The position numbers and the translations under genes were made by a program. Positions 19,064 through 29,452 of a DNA stretch of 64,000 nt are shown in pieces. Numbering within the stretch: the first letter of the stretch is position 1; each line of letters opens with the position of its first letter. The notes beneath the pieces were generated by a model. It was not told the origin of the DNA. It saw only the letters and a program-made list of their open reading frames with translations, and did not search any database. This DNA comes from an uncultured bacterium (GTDB lineage: Bacteria > Babelota > Babeliae > Babelales > Vermiphilaceae), in assembly GCA_963702025.1 (NCBI GenBank), contig OY969699.1, positions 896,001-960,000 on the forward strand, read 5' to 3'.

Positions 19064-19258
19064 ATCCCGACGGCGCTCATCACGGCTGCACATGCCGCTT
19101 ACAGCGGACAAGGCAGCCTCTCGCCACTCATAGGCTGCGCCTATTCGAGCTCGGTACCGCCTAGGTTGGAATTTAACCCCTATCATTAAAACGCTAAGGA
19201 AATAGCTTTTGCTCGAGGGGACCCCAAACCCCTAGCAAAAGACATTATTAAAAAAATG
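19064..19258 (-). repeat. ~195-bp element, copy 2 (inverted relative to 12419-12613)
   Basis: Direct sequence comparison. Confidence 0.93.
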
Positions 19259-19333
19259 TGTGGCGATCTATTTCTATATATTTATGAAAAAGTTTCTAAG
19301 TTAGAAACAGAATGTTTTCAAGAAAAAATAACT

Positions 19334-19630
19334 GAGCCCGCTCGGGCGCCCTTCGACAAGCTCAGGATAAACTCCGCCGACCGGCTTGCCTTTAGTCCCG
19401 AGCGAAGTCGAGGGGATCGTTGCGGGCTCTACGTCTAGTTAATGTATAAAACGTTTATATCTGATTGCGATACCTGTATGAGCCGGTGCAGATCACCCCG
19501 CAGGGGGGAGATGAGCCGGCGAGTTTATCGCATAAGGAATCCAATGGAACATTGGTGAATGGGGGGTGTGGGGGGTATTTTCAAGAATACCCCCCCCCAC
19601 ATTTATACGCTGCCCCGCGCAGGGCAAAGT
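19334..19630. repeat. Palindromic element cluster downstream of thrS
   Basis: CCCTTCGACAAGCTCAGGA...CCCGAGCGAAGTCGAGGG and the GGGGGTGTGGGGGGTATTTTCAAGAATACCCCCCCCAC hairpin. Confidence 0.75.
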
Positions 19631-19660
19631 TACAAATAAAAAATCAAAGAAAAAACTAAA

Positions 19661-21370
19661 TTACTGATTCAATTCTTTTGCTTTTGCAATAACCTGTTCG
19701 AGGGTTAAACCAAATTCTTGTTTGCCGTCATTGTGTCGCAGAGTGATTGTTTTGTTGTCAACCTCTCTTTGGCCAATAACAAGCATCCATGGGATTTTCT
19801 CTTCTTGCGCGCGTTTAATTTTTCCTGAAATTTGATCGGATGTTTCATCCATATTTACGCGCAGATCTTGAGCTTTTAACTGTTGCACAATAGTTTGTGC
19901 ATATTCTTTTTGCGCATCGGTGATGGTGAGAATTCTGATTTGTTCCGGTGCGAGCCAGAATGGTAGGTGGCCCTTATAGTGCTCAAGTAAAATGGCAAAA
20001 AAGCGCTCAAGAGATCCAAAGATTGCTTGGTGAATCATAACCGGACGTTCACGTTGTCCGCTGCTGGCAATATATTCAAGGTCAAAGTTTTGTGGAAAAA
20101 AGAAATCAACTTGTACTGTGCCGCATTGCCACTCTCTACCCATTGAATCTTTGATGCGAAATTCTATTTTTGGCCCATAAAAGGCGCCTTCACCTTCAGA
20201 TATTGAAAACGGAATATTTAAACTTGTTAAAGCATTCTTGAGCGCATTGGTTGCTTTATCCCAATACTCGGCTGATCCCATTGCATCTTCCGGTTTAGTT
20301 GAGATGGTCACATCAATATCTTTAAAACCAAATTTGTTGAGCATTGCATAGGTCATCTTAACAATCGTAGCAACTTCTTTTTCAATCTGATCTGGCATGC
20401 AATAAATATGCGCATCATCTTGGGTGAAAGCGCGGACGCGCATTAAGCCATGAAGAACACCAGAAAGTTCATGACGATGAACGTGACCAAATTCAGCCAA
20501 TTTTAATGGCAGTTCTCGGTAGGAACGAGGACGGGTGGAATATACTAAAATAGATCCGGGGCAGTTCATTGGCTTGAGAGCATATGATTGTTCATCAATG
20601 TTGCAAAAATACATTTTATCTTTGTAATGTGCCCAATGGCCCGATCGCTTCCATAATTCAGCCGATAGCATTGTTGGCGTACTAATTTCTTGATAATTAT
20701 TTTCTTGTTGGAGCCTGCGCATGTAGGCTGTCATTAAATTTATGACAAGTTTGCCTTTGGGATGAAAGAAGGGGAACCCAACACCTTCATCATGAAATGA
20801 GAATAAATCAAGTTGTTTGCCGATTTTACGGTGATCATATTTGGCTGCTTCTTCTTTTTTGCGTTCATAATCGGCAAGATCTTGAGCAGTAAAAAAGACA
20901 ATGCCGCTGATTCGCTGCAATGCTTGTTTTGAGCGATCGGCGCGCCAGTAGGATCCTGAAATCTGGGTGAGTTTCACATTTTTAAGCATGCCGGTTGAAT
21001 CTACGTGACCACCTTTACAAAGGTCATAGAAATCACCCTGACGCGCAATGCCAACCATATCGCCGGGAATACCATCGATAAGTTCAAGTTTGAAGGGATT
21101 ATTTTTATACAGTTTGCGGGCCTCTTCTTTGCTCATCATTTCATGAGTGAGCGGAAGATTGCGATCAGCAATTTCTTTCATTCGTGCTTCAATAAGAGGG
21201 AGATCTTCTTCTTTAAAGTTGCGTGCTGGTAGAGTATCATAAAAAAAACCTTCTTCAGTTGCAGGGCCTATGGTGAGGATAGTATCAGGATAGAGTTCCT
21301 TAATTGCATGTGCAAGAAGGTGGGCCGCCGAGTGGCGAAGCGCCATAATATCATTATTGAGTGATTTCAT
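19661..21370 (-). CDS. thrS: Threonine--tRNA ligase (short form lacking the N-terminal TGS domain)
   Basis: RHSAAHLLA, LKPMNCPG, RVRAFTQDDAH, WQCGTVQVDF, GSLERF. Confidence 0.98.
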   Translation of the reverse strand: MKSLNNDIMALRHSAAHLLAHAIKELYPDTILTIGPATEEGFFYDTLPARNFKEEDLPLIEARMKEIADRNLPLTHEMMSKEEARKLYKNNPFKLELIDGIPGDMVGIARQGDFYDLCKGGHVDSTGMLKNVKLTQISGSYWRADRSKQALQRISGIVFFTAQDLADYERKKEEAAKYDHRKIGKQLDLFSFHDEGVGFPFFHPKGKLVINLMTAYMRRLQQENNYQEISTPTMLSAELWKRSGHWAHYKDKMYFCNIDEQSYALKPMNCPGSILVYSTRPRSYRELPLKLAEFGHVHRHELSGVLHGLMRVRAFTQDDAHIYCMPDQIEKEVATIVKMTYAMLNKFGFKDIDVTISTKPEDAMGSAEYWDKATNALKNALTSLNIPFSISEGEGAFYGPKIEFRIKDSMGREWQCGTVQVDFFFPQNFDLEYIASSGQRERPVMIHQAIFGSLERFFAILLEHYKGHLPFWLAPEQIRILTITDAQKEYAQTIVQQLKAQDLRVNMDETSDQISGKIKRAQEEKIPWMLVIGQREVDNKTITLRHNDGKQEFGLTLEQVIAKAKELNQ

Positions 21371-23292
21371 AGTAAAGACCCCTTAAGTTCCTGTTTTAGT
21401 TCATTATACCGTTTCATATGCATTTGGGCTACTTCTGGGCTCAATTCATGCATCCCTTTTAGATCGACATTTTTGGCAAAAGAGTCCACTTTATTGATCA
21501 CTACCATATAAGTTTTGTGGTCTTTCGTCTGAAAAAAGATACGCAAAACGGCTCCTTTTTGTGTATGGACATAGACATTGTGTAGTGATGCTGACGAATC
21601 GGTTAACCCTAATTTTTTTGCGAGGGGCGACGTACTATCGATCGGAAAGTCTACTTGATCGATGATAAAGTGTCGGTCAAAGCGGTCGCCATCGATTGGC
21701 CAAAATGCGTTTAAAAGGTTACTTTTTTCTTTCCATTCTATCTGTTTAAAATAGTGCTTACTTTCTCCGGGGCGAATTGAAATAATGCAGGTGCCGGTGT
21801 CGGGCATATTTTCTATAATAACGGGCATCGGTACTGCAGTGCTTTCTACCAGGATGGCAAAGCGTTTGGTCATAACCAGATTATTGTTACCCTCTTCTTG
21901 GGCATGTTTAATCAATGTATCATTTATTTTTGAGCATGAATGAGGCAAAACAGGAATAACTGTGTTTGTGTTCGCCAGACGAATCACCGAAACAGTGGCT
22001 AATAAATCTTCAGTGATATGCATGAGCGCCTTTGGTAGCCAATTGAGATTACCATCGAATGAATGAGCGCTCATTTTCTTAAAAAATTTTTTCCATTCAT
22101 ACCCAAAATCAAGTTTCAATTGCCAGTTTTCTTGGTCATCTGCCTCAATATCCTCAGCAGCTAGCCGGTTATTTTCAAGTGATGGCACATTGAGCGCCTT
22201 TATTTTGCAATAACTATACCCATCAGATAAACAATCGGAAATGATAGGATAACTATAGGTTGGATTACCCGCATCATCAAATATCATTTTGAAGCGGATG
22301 CCGGCTCCATAACAGGTAGACACATGGAAACTTTTAGTCTTTATTTTATGTTCTAGAAAAGCTAAAAATTGTTGAATTTCCGGAATTGATAAATCGGCAA
22401 CAATAGCTTTTGCATAACTGTCGGTAGCTGCATTGTAACCGGTGCCGCCATGGCCAGAGAGGGCTATGCTCCACAAATAGGGTTTATAATCGGCATCTGA
22501 TTTGGTAATAAAAAAATCCTCTAACTGCTGGGTAAATTTATTATGGGTATCCAATTGTGAATCAAAATAGAGACGTGCAGGATCTTCAACATTTTCCACT
22601 TTGGTAAGTGTATCGATTTTTAATCCAAGATGCTCTCTATTCATTCTTTCATAGGAGCATGGCAAAGCAAATCTTCCTGGCGCTGCAGGCTGCCGGTCAA
22701 TTTCTTGTTGTGATTCGGCATATTTTGTGGGAACAAATAAATACAGTGATTTTTGATTTGTATAGATTTTCCACTCTTCTTGATTAAATTTTGTTAAATA
22801 ACTTCGTAATGCTTGTTGCATTTCTGAGTTTATCGGTTCATTGTTTTGCTCTTGCGCTTTGAGCACGGCCTCTTTGGCGTAAAATTCTTTATTCACATTT
22901 TCAAGCATGAGCTGTTTGCTTTGAAAGTGATCTATTCCTTTTTGGCGAAACTGGCGATACAGCGCCGTAAGACGATCATTGATAGCCGTATAAGTTTTGA
23001 GAGCTTTTGCTTCTCTTGAATCCGGTATTTGTGCCATTTGCTCGATGCTTTTTCTTTTTTCAATGAAAAATTTCAAGAGTGCGGCATTTATTATAATAGG
23101 GGATGCTTTTTCTTGGAGGGCAGATTGGAATTTGCTTGATAGAAAATGGGCGCCCGGACTGCCGATGTGTTCGTTTTTTCCTTCTTGATCGAGTAAGATG
23201 ATCATGTTGCGCTGCGAATCTTGCGCGGAGCAAAAATGGACCATTATTAAAAATAAGAGAAAATAATTAGGTGCTTTCATTTTTTTCCACAT
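21367..23292 (-). CDS. Exported hypothetical protein with possible clan-CD-type His/Cys dyad
   Basis: Signal peptide, WSIALSGHGG and FHVSTCYGAG motifs, 4-nt overlap with the thrS start. Confidence 0.6.
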   Translation of the reverse strand: MWKKMKAPNYFLLFLIMVHFCSAQDSQRNMIILLDQEGKNEHIGSPGAHFLSSKFQSALQEKASPIIINAALLKFFIEKRKSIEQMAQIPDSREAKALKTYTAINDRLTALYRQFRQKGIDHFQSKQLMLENVNKEFYAKEAVLKAQEQNNEPINSEMQQALRSYLTKFNQEEWKIYTNQKSLYLFVPTKYAESQQEIDRQPAAPGRFALPCSYERMNREHLGLKIDTLTKVENVEDPARLYFDSQLDTHNKFTQQLEDFFITKSDADYKPYLWSIALSGHGGTGYNAATDSYAKAIVADLSIPEIQQFLAFLEHKIKTKSFHVSTCYGAGIRFKMIFDDAGNPTYSYPIISDCLSDGYSYCKIKALNVPSLENNRLAAEDIEADDQENWQLKLDFGYEWKKFFKKMSAHSFDGNLNWLPKALMHITEDLLATVSVIRLANTNTVIPVLPHSCSKINDTLIKHAQEEGNNNLVMTKRFAILVESTAVPMPVIIENMPDTGTCIISIRPGESKHYFKQIEWKEKSNLLNAFWPIDGDRFDRHFIIDQVDFPIDSTSPLAKKLGLTDSSASLHNVYVHTQKGAVLRIFFQTKDHKTYMVVINKVDSFAKNVDLKGMHELSPEVAQMHMKRYNELKQELKGSLL

Positions 23293-23473
23293 TTATGATT
23301 TTCATTCGAATCAAAATCATAACAAAATTTTTTGAGAAAAACATTATCAAAAAGATGGAGTTTTTATCATAAAATTTGGAGGGCAAAGGTCCGATTGTGT
23401 CATTTTTTTCAAATATTGCAGGGGCACGGCGTAGATATGATAGGATGCAGCTGAAGTAAAAAAAGGAAGAAGT

Positions 23474-24865
23474 ATGGCGGAAAAATTGTTTATCCTGGAC
23501 ACCAATGTCCTTGTACATGACCCCTCTGCACTCTTTAATTTCAAAGATTCTTTAGTCGGTATCCCTTCGATTGTGCTTGAGGAGCTTGATCAATTTAAAT
23601 CGGAAATGAGTGAGCGCGGACGCAATTCACGTGAAGCAACCCGTTTACTGGATGGATTGCGCGAACGGGGCTCACTCAAAGACGGTGTTCCTCTTGATAA
23701 CGGCGGTAGATTAAAAGTACTATTTTTGCCGGTAGATAAAATTCCCAAAATTCCCTTTTATATAGATGTTAATGATAATAAAATCTTGTTGACCGCTCTT
23801 TTTATGAAGCAAGAGGGGTATGATGTACGATTTATTACCAAAGATATTAATGCGCGGGTGAAGGCGGATGCTATTGGCTTGGTATCAGAAGATTATTTAA
23901 AAGAATCGATTTCAATTGATGAATTTTATAAAGGGTGGGTTAATGTTGATGTGCCGGCAGTTGAATTAAAAAAGGATTTTCCTTCGGTTCTGGATAAATT
24001 GGTTGATGATAAGCAGCTTGCTATTAATGAATTTGTCTTGGTAACCAGCCAGCATAATCCCTATAATTATCGGGTGTTTAGATATCTTGGTGGCAGACAT
24101 TTTAGAATTGTTCATGAGCCACTTCTCAAGTGGCCACTCAAGGCCCGCAATCCGCAACAATTAATGGCTCTTGATCTTTTACTCGATAATTCGATTCAAT
24201 TTGTTACCCTCTTTGGGCCGGCAGGTACGGGCAAAACTTTTCTTGCGTTGCTCGCAGGGCTGCACAAAGTGCTGATTGAAGATGAATATGAAAAGATTTT
24301 AGTTTCACGTCCGGTGGTGCCGCTTGGGCGCGATATTGGATACTTGCCCGGCACCGTGGAAGAAAAATTACATAGCTGGATGTTGCCAATTTACGATAAT
24401 ATGGAATTTATTATGCACTCCTCACAAGTGGGGCAACATTTTGAAGAATTGGATGCTGACCGTTATGAGCGACGTAAAAATAAAAAGGGGAATGAAAAGC
24501 GAGATAAATTTAGGCAGCAAGGTTCATTGCGCCCGATGGATGATTTGATTAAACATGACAAGCTGAGTTTGGAAGCAATAACCTATATGCGCGGTCGCTC
24601 GATTCCGTATCAATATATTTTGATTGATGAGGTGCAAAATCTAACTCCTCACGAAGTAAAAACACTCGTGAGCCGCGTGGGCGAAGGAAGTAAAATTATC
24701 CTTGCCGGCGACCCGTATCAAATCGATTCTCCGTATCTTGATTTTATTAGCAACGGATTAGTGGTGACCAGCGAGCGGTTCCGGGGGCAGAGAGTTTTTG
24801 GCACTGTATACTTGCAGGTGAGTGAGCGGAGCGAGTTGAGTAAGTTGGTTACCGAGCTTTTATAA
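23474..24865 (+). CDS. PIN-domain / PhoH-family ATPase (PhoH2/YlaK-like)
   Basis: FILDTNVLVHDP PIN motif, GPAGTGKT Walker A, IGYLPG, YMRGRS, IDEVQNLT. Confidence 0.95.
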   Translation: MAEKLFILDTNVLVHDPSALFNFKDSLVGIPSIVLEELDQFKSEMSERGRNSREATRLLDGLRERGSLKDGVPLDNGGRLKVLFLPVDKIPKIPFYIDVNDNKILLTALFMKQEGYDVRFITKDINARVKADAIGLVSEDYLKESISIDEFYKGWVNVDVPAVELKKDFPSVLDKLVDDKQLAINEFVLVTSQHNPYNYRVFRYLGGRHFRIVHEPLLKWPLKARNPQQLMALDLLLDNSIQFVTLFGPAGTGKTFLALLAGLHKVLIEDEYEKILVSRPVVPLGRDIGYLPGTVEEKLHSWMLPIYDNMEFIMHSSQVGQHFEELDADRYERRKNKKGNEKRDKFRQQGSLRPMDDLIKHDKLSLEAITYMRGRSIPYQYILIDEVQNLTPHEVKTLVSRVGEGSKIILAGDPYQIDSPYLDFISNGLVVTSERFRGQRVFGTVYLQVSERSELSKLVTELL

Positions 24866-24889
24866 AAATAAATTAAAGAGGGAGCATCC

Positions 24890-25252
24890 ATGTTATCTAC
24901 TAAGAAAATTTTTGGCGGCGCCTGTTTTATCTTTTCAATTTGTTTCTTATCAGGTATGAGCGAATCAGAAAAATTAATAAAATTAAAAACATTCCTGAAA
25001 AAAGAGCAAATTAATAGATTTAATAATATTGCTGCAAATATGCTCAAAAGAAATGCTCCTTCAATAAAAACGGAATGGCCGTTGGGTAATTCCAAAAAGA
25101 TAACCTTGAATGGGGAATCTAAAATAGTGGTGATAGAACGAACTAACTTTGTAGGCTGTCCTGTTGAATTGGATGCAACGGAATTATCATTAGGTTTGCA
25201 AGAATTTTATGATGTAACAAAAAAAATAGCAGAAGAAGAAAAAATATTTTAA
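24890..25252 (+). CDS. Exported hypothetical protein
   Basis: GAGGGAG RBS and signal peptide ending LSG-MSE. Confidence 0.7.
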   Translation: MLSTKKIFGGACFIFSICFLSGMSESEKLIKLKTFLKKEQINRFNNIAANMLKRNAPSIKTEWPLGNSKKITLNGESKIVVIERTNFVGCPVELDATELSLGLQEFYDVTKKIAEEEKIF

Positions 25253-25284
25253 ACTATGCGCATCCAACAAGAGCGGAGGATGCC

Positions 25285-25686
25285 ATGAAAAAAATAATAG
25301 GATTAATTATCCTGCTTGTTGCACGTAGTAGCGATGCGATACAAAAACCATTGTCTAAAGAAGATGCCATCGGCATGATGCAGCATTTAAGGCCACTGGT
25401 TGTTAAAGCAGCAAAAAAGATCAGAGCAGACCTGGATGACGATGATTATGAACGCTTAAAAAAAATATTGAATGCCAAAAATACAGCACGAATTTTGCAA
25501 TCCCCGCCCAAAAAAAACGAGTCCAAAAGTGTGATTATCAATGACTGCGTATATGTTAAAGTTAAACACAAATCGGTGAGCATACAACTGAATGACAATG
25601 AAGAAGCTGAAGAATTTAAATTGAGACGGGATCAGGTGCTTATTATTGCGCTCGCGCCAAATACTGTGGAAAACGATGAAGAGTAG
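25285..25686 (+). CDS. Exported hypothetical protein
   Basis: GGAGGA RBS and MKKIIGLIILLVA signal. Confidence 0.72.
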   Translation: MKKIIGLIILLVARSSDAIQKPLSKEDAIGMMQHLRPLVVKAAKKIRADLDDDDYERLKKILNAKNTARILQSPPKKNESKSVIINDCVYVKVKHKSVSIQLNDNEEAEEFKLRRDQVLIIALAPNTVENDEE

Positions 25687-25688
25687 TT

Positions 25689-25874
25689 TTAATTAAACGG
25701 ATTACAAGAAAGTAAGCGTTTGAGAATAGCCCAAATGGCTTTATGCAATGGCTGTTCGGCAAGACATTTGATTGCATATTTGGTACAACTCGGTTCAAAT
25801 TTGCAGCAAGCTGGGCCAAGAAGAGGGCGAATGCCAATAATCAGAGTGGAAACGATTGATGCGACTATTTTCAT
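25689..25874 (-). CDS. yidD: Membrane protein insertion efficiency factor
   Basis: CKFEPSCTKYA...RLLSCNPF, immediately after rnpA. Confidence 0.9.
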   Translation of the reverse strand: MKIVASIVSTLIIGIRPLLGPACCKFEPSCTKYAIKCLAEQPLHKAIWAILKRLLSCNPFN

Positions 25875-26191
25875 AATGATGCAGCATGAAGGGCGCCAAG
25901 AATAATTTCTTTTAATTGTGAAAGAGATAAATTAATACCTTCTTTTTTAACAAAAATAACATAATCGAGGGGTTTTTGATTTAACTTTTCTTCATGAAAA
26001 AATGCCTTAATGCGCCGCCGAATTCTATTACGCTCAACCGCGTTACCAATGTGCGCAGGGGTTACCACAATTAGGTGATTAGAGATTATAGACTCGCTCG
26101 GGGCAACTAAAAGATCAAAGCCCGGGTGCTTTACAATGCGCCGGGCTTTGTTAAAAAGTTTTTTAATAGCTGCTTGCGATACTTTTGGCAT
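25871..26191 (-). CDS. rnpA: Ribonuclease P protein component
   Basis: RNR motif GNAVERNRIRRRIK, synteny with rpmH. Confidence 0.93.
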   Translation of the reverse strand: MPKVSQAAIKKLFNKARRIVKHPGFDLLVAPSESIISNHLIVVTPAHIGNAVERNRIRRRIKAFFHEEKLNQKPLDYVIFVKKEGINLSLSQLKEIILGALHAASL

Positions 26192-26196
26192 AAGAA

Positions 26197-26340
26197 TTAT
26201 GCGCGAACTGCAAGGCGCTTTCTGCCTCGTGAACGACGACGTTTGAGTATTTTTCTACCGTCATGAGAGGCCATTCTTTTAAGAAAACCATGTTTTCTAT
26301 TGCGTTTCTTGCGGCTTTTTCTAAAAAAGGTAACTGACAT
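26197..26340 (-). CDS. rpmH: 50S ribosomal protein L34 (47 aa, below the ORF-track cut-off)
   Basis: Manual translation [47 protein letters not shown]. Confidence 0.95.
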   Translation of the reverse strand: MSVTFFRKSRKKRNRKHGFLKRMASHDGRKILKRRRSRGRKRLAVRA

Positions 26341-26414
26341 ATGTATTCCTTAAAATTTGATTTTATATCCCTATTTTAGGGCAAAATAAGACTTTTTTCA
26401 AATTTTTAAAGGAT

Positions 26415-27344
26415 TTATAAACCTTTTAAATACTTTTCGGCATCGAGAGCTGCCATGCAGCCTGCTCCTGCTGAAGTAATAGCCTGCCTATAACGATAAT
26501 CGGCCACATCCCCAGCCACAAAAACACCGGGTACTGAGGTGCGTGTTTCATCATGAACCTCTATAAAACCGAACTTGTTAAGCGCAAGCTGCCCCTTGAA
26601 AGCCTGTACATTCGGATTAAGGCCAATTGCCACAAAAACAGCGCTCACCGGAACATTTTCAGACTTTTTACTAGTTTGATGGGTTATCGTTACTCCTGTT
26701 ACGTGGTTCCCATCACCCTCAATGGTAGAGACAGTGCTATTATAGATGATCTTGATATCAGGATTTGCAACCACTTTTTCTTGCATCGCATGGCTTGCAG
26801 TGAGTTTGTCCAAAATGTGCACAATCGTGATATCTTTGGTGAAGTTGAGCATAAAAGAGGCATCTTCCATCGCTGTATCGCCACCCCCCACAATAATCAC
26901 TTTCTTATCCTTGTAAAAGGCTCCATCACAAACAGCGCAGGTGGTTACTCCTTTGCCCCAGTACTGATCCTCGCCTGGGCACTGTAATCGTTTAGGTGAA
27001 GCGCCGGTAGCAATGATGAGAGCGTCGGCAGAAAGTTCCTTTTTATCAGTTTTGAGCGAGAAAGGGATTTGGTTTAGGGCAACATGCATCACTGTTTCAT
27101 CTAAAAATTGTGTGCCAAAATGAGCGGCGTGTTCTTGCATTTTTCCCATTAACTGGGGGCCCAAAATACGCATTTCGCCCGGCCAATTTTCTACGTAGCT
27201 GGTTCCCATGAGTTGTCCACCCGGATGTTTGCCGTTGACTACTAAAGGGTTTAGATTGGCACGCGCTGCATAGATGGCTGCAGTGAGTCCTGCTGGCCCT
27301 GAACCAATGATGATTAGTTTATGATGATTTGTTTTATTATTCAT
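26415..27344 (-). CDS. trxB: Thioredoxin-disulfide reductase
   Basis: GSGPAGLTAA, CAVC redox motif, GGGDTAME. Confidence 0.97.
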   Translation of the reverse strand: MNNKTNHHKLIIIGSGPAGLTAAIYAARANLNPLVVNGKHPGGQLMGTSYVENWPGEMRILGPQLMGKMQEHAAHFGTQFLDETVMHVALNQIPFSLKTDKKELSADALIIATGASPKRLQCPGEDQYWGKGVTTCAVCDGAFYKDKKVIIVGGGDTAMEDASFMLNFTKDITIVHILDKLTASHAMQEKVVANPDIKIIYNSTVSTIEGDGNHVTGVTITHQTSKKSENVPVSAVFVAIGLNPNVQAFKGQLALNKFGFIEVHDETRTSVPGVFVAGDVADYRYRQAITSAGAGCMAALDAEKYLKGL

Positions 27345-27348
27345 TAAA

Positions 27349-28665
27349 TTATTTTTTAGTTAAATGGTAAATAATATGGTTGACCGTTTTTTCTCGAAGA
27401 CACACGCGGCTTAAATCAGCATTTGATACCGGGAATTCTTGTCCTTGTATCTTTGTTACGAGGGGATCAAAATGGAAAAAACCTCTAGTCCGCGGGCGTT
27501 TAGTGAGATTTAAATAATTTTTAAGATCATTATGATTCACATCTAAACCCTCTTGGTAGGCCATTTGATCAAGAAAAATTTCTTCACGGACCTGTTTTTC
27601 AGCAAGATCGTGCACCACATCATTAAAATCTTTTTGTACGCGGTAGACATAATAGTCGGGATTATTTGAAACCGCATCAAGCACCACTCTTGTTTGCCGT
27701 AAAATTAAATGATTGGGTATTTCAAATTTATGTTTTGAAAGAAGTAGTTTGAGCGATTCTTCCACAATGCTGCGGCGTAAAGAAAGATCATTGCGATAAG
27801 AGAAAATTTCAATAAGTCGCTGATACATCTCTTTGTTGCTTTTAATTCTAAAGTGTTGTTTGAATTGATCAAGACAAAAATAGGCTTGCGGCACAATATC
27901 CAGAATTGAAATAGCAAATGCATAATTGGTGCTTATGTTATCAGAAAAAAAGTTTTGCAAAACTTCATGAGAGCTCACAAACAGAGCATCTTTTTTCTTG
28001 TGAAGAAAAACTTCATGATATGCTTTATCCGGCTCTTCATCGCCGATTTTGAGCCACAACGTTGCTTTAAAACCGTTTAATATCGGTTGGTTATCATTAT
28101 TTAAAACAGTAACCTGATAATTTATCCAATCACCGACGGCGATTTGTGAATCGGTATAGTGTTCTTTTGCGTTTTGTTCTTCTTGCAAAAATGCTTCAAC
28201 TTGCCGATCGAGATCTTTATAATTTTTGCGTTTGGGAGCTTTGAAGGGGAGATATTTCCATTCTTGAAAGGCAATTTGGGGAAAGATTGATAATTCAAAG
28301 GTAAAAACACCCTCCTGTCCCTGGGCAATATCAACGGCCGTGAGGCGTGGTCTACCGGCAATTCTAATTTTTTGTTTACGTATTTCTGTTTCGAGAAAAT
28401 CGGCGATTACATAGGTATAGAGAAATTCTTTGATATGTTCGATAATGCCGATGTTAAAATTTTGTTCAATATAAGCGGCGGGTGTTTCCCGTTTATGAAA
28501 TCCAAATGCAAGAGTTGATTTTTTTTGTGACTCAATCGCTTCTTTATAAAAAGAATCAATCAGCGAGGCGGGCATTACTACGGATAATTCACAGAAACTT
28601 TGTTCATTTTCTAGAATTGTGCAATGCAAACTGCAATCAATACCATTTACTTCTACTTCCTTCAC
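27349..28665 (-). CDS. tig: Trigger factor (divergent)
   Basis: About 440 aa. GFHKRETP resembles the GFRKGKxP ribosome-binding loop, followed by an FKBP-like middle region and an EIPNHLI C-domain. Confidence 0.7.
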   Translation of the reverse strand: MKEVEVNGIDCSLHCTILENEQSFCELSVVMPASLIDSFYKEAIESQKKSTLAFGFHKRETPAAYIEQNFNIGIIEHIKEFLYTYVIADFLETEIRKQKIRIAGRPRLTAVDIAQGQEGVFTFELSIFPQIAFQEWKYLPFKAPKRKNYKDLDRQVEAFLQEEQNAKEHYTDSQIAVGDWINYQVTVLNNDNQPILNGFKATLWLKIGDEEPDKAYHEVFLHKKKDALFVSSHEVLQNFFSDNISTNYAFAISILDIVPQAYFCLDQFKQHFRIKSNKEMYQRLIEIFSYRNDLSLRRSIVEESLKLLLSKHKFEIPNHLILRQTRVVLDAVSNNPDYYVYRVQKDFNDVVHDLAEKQVREEIFLDQMAYQEGLDVNHNDLKNYLNLTKRPRTRGFFHFDPLVTKIQGQEFPVSNADLSRVCLREKTVNHIIYHLTKK

Positions 28666-28931
28666 GTCAGTTCTCCTTTTTTTAAGAACATGTCCATTTA
28701 AATAACTGGTTTTTAAGCCGATTTAGTCGTATTAATCAGTATTTATGGCTCAACGAAAATGAGCTTTTTATTTTTTATTTAAATGAAAGTTGATCAAGAG
28801 ATATCGAAGGTCAAAATACATCGCTGAGTATTAATGTCAAACTCTTTAAAAAAAATGATGGACTTTTTGGAATACTATATTTCGGATTAATCATTGATGA
28901 TTATGCTTCGATGAGCAGGCCGCGCCAGCCC

Positions 28932-29015
28932 TACTTCGCTTCTATCAATGTCAAAACTATAATTAAGTCAATCATTTAAAGAGGCTGGCCTGCCATACGA
29001 AGCTTTAGCGAAGTA
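28932..29015. repeat. 84-bp 3'-trailer repeat of tRNA-Leu, identical to 29453-29536
   Basis: TACTTCGCTTCTATCAATG...GAAGCTTTAGCGAAGTA occurs twice, each time abutting a tRNA CCA end. Confidence 0.92.
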
Positions 29016-29102
29016 TGGTGCACGAGAAGGGACTCGAACCCCCACTCCCTTTCGGGAACTGGATCCTAAGTCCAGTGCGTCTACCAATTTCGCCACTCGT
29101 GC
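29016..29102 (-). tRNA. tRNA-Leu (TAG)
   Basis: Reverse complement GCACGAGTGGCGAAATTGGTAGACGCACTGGACT-TAG-GATCCAG..., long variable arm, GTTCGAGTC, encoded CCA. Confidence 0.96.
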
Positions 29103-29136
29103 ATGGTAGTTTTATATGATTTCAATCCTTCTAGAC

Positions 29137-29240
29137 CCGTCTACGCTAAATCCCTCGACAGGGGGCTCGGGAGTAAACGCGTCCTTCCGCTCATCCTGAG
29201 TAGAAAACGCAGTTTTCGTATCGAAGGACGAAGGGCGAAT
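29137..29240. repeat. Palindromic element (same subfamily as the grpE insertion)
   Basis: CCTTCCGCTCATCCTGAG...TCGAAGGACG is shared with 51179-51225. Confidence 0.8.
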
Positions 29241-29452
29241 AAATTATTTACAATGCAATGAGTCCAGCCTTCGCTTGTCCAGGCCTTCCGGCTTGGCAAG
29301 CTTCGGCGGACAGCCTACGCTTAGTTCTAATAATATCAAACTATTTTTTTAGTCAATCCTTTAAAGAACTGGCTCTACTTCGCTGCTAAAGCAGCTACGA
29401 AGAGCAGGCCCGCGCCAGCCCTACTTTGCTCATAAATGAGCTTCGAAGGGCA

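Noticed and set aside
22640..22710. GC-richer stretch (RQPAAPGRFALPCS) in the 641-aa gene as a third in-frame repeat insertion
   Set aside because: No clear inverted repeat and no match to the repeat modules. It cannot be supported without orthologs.
23474..24865. PIN-PhoH gene as a toxin-antitoxin or defence locus
   Set aside because: No adjacent antitoxin-like gene, and a stand-alone PIN-PhoH fusion is a common, known family.
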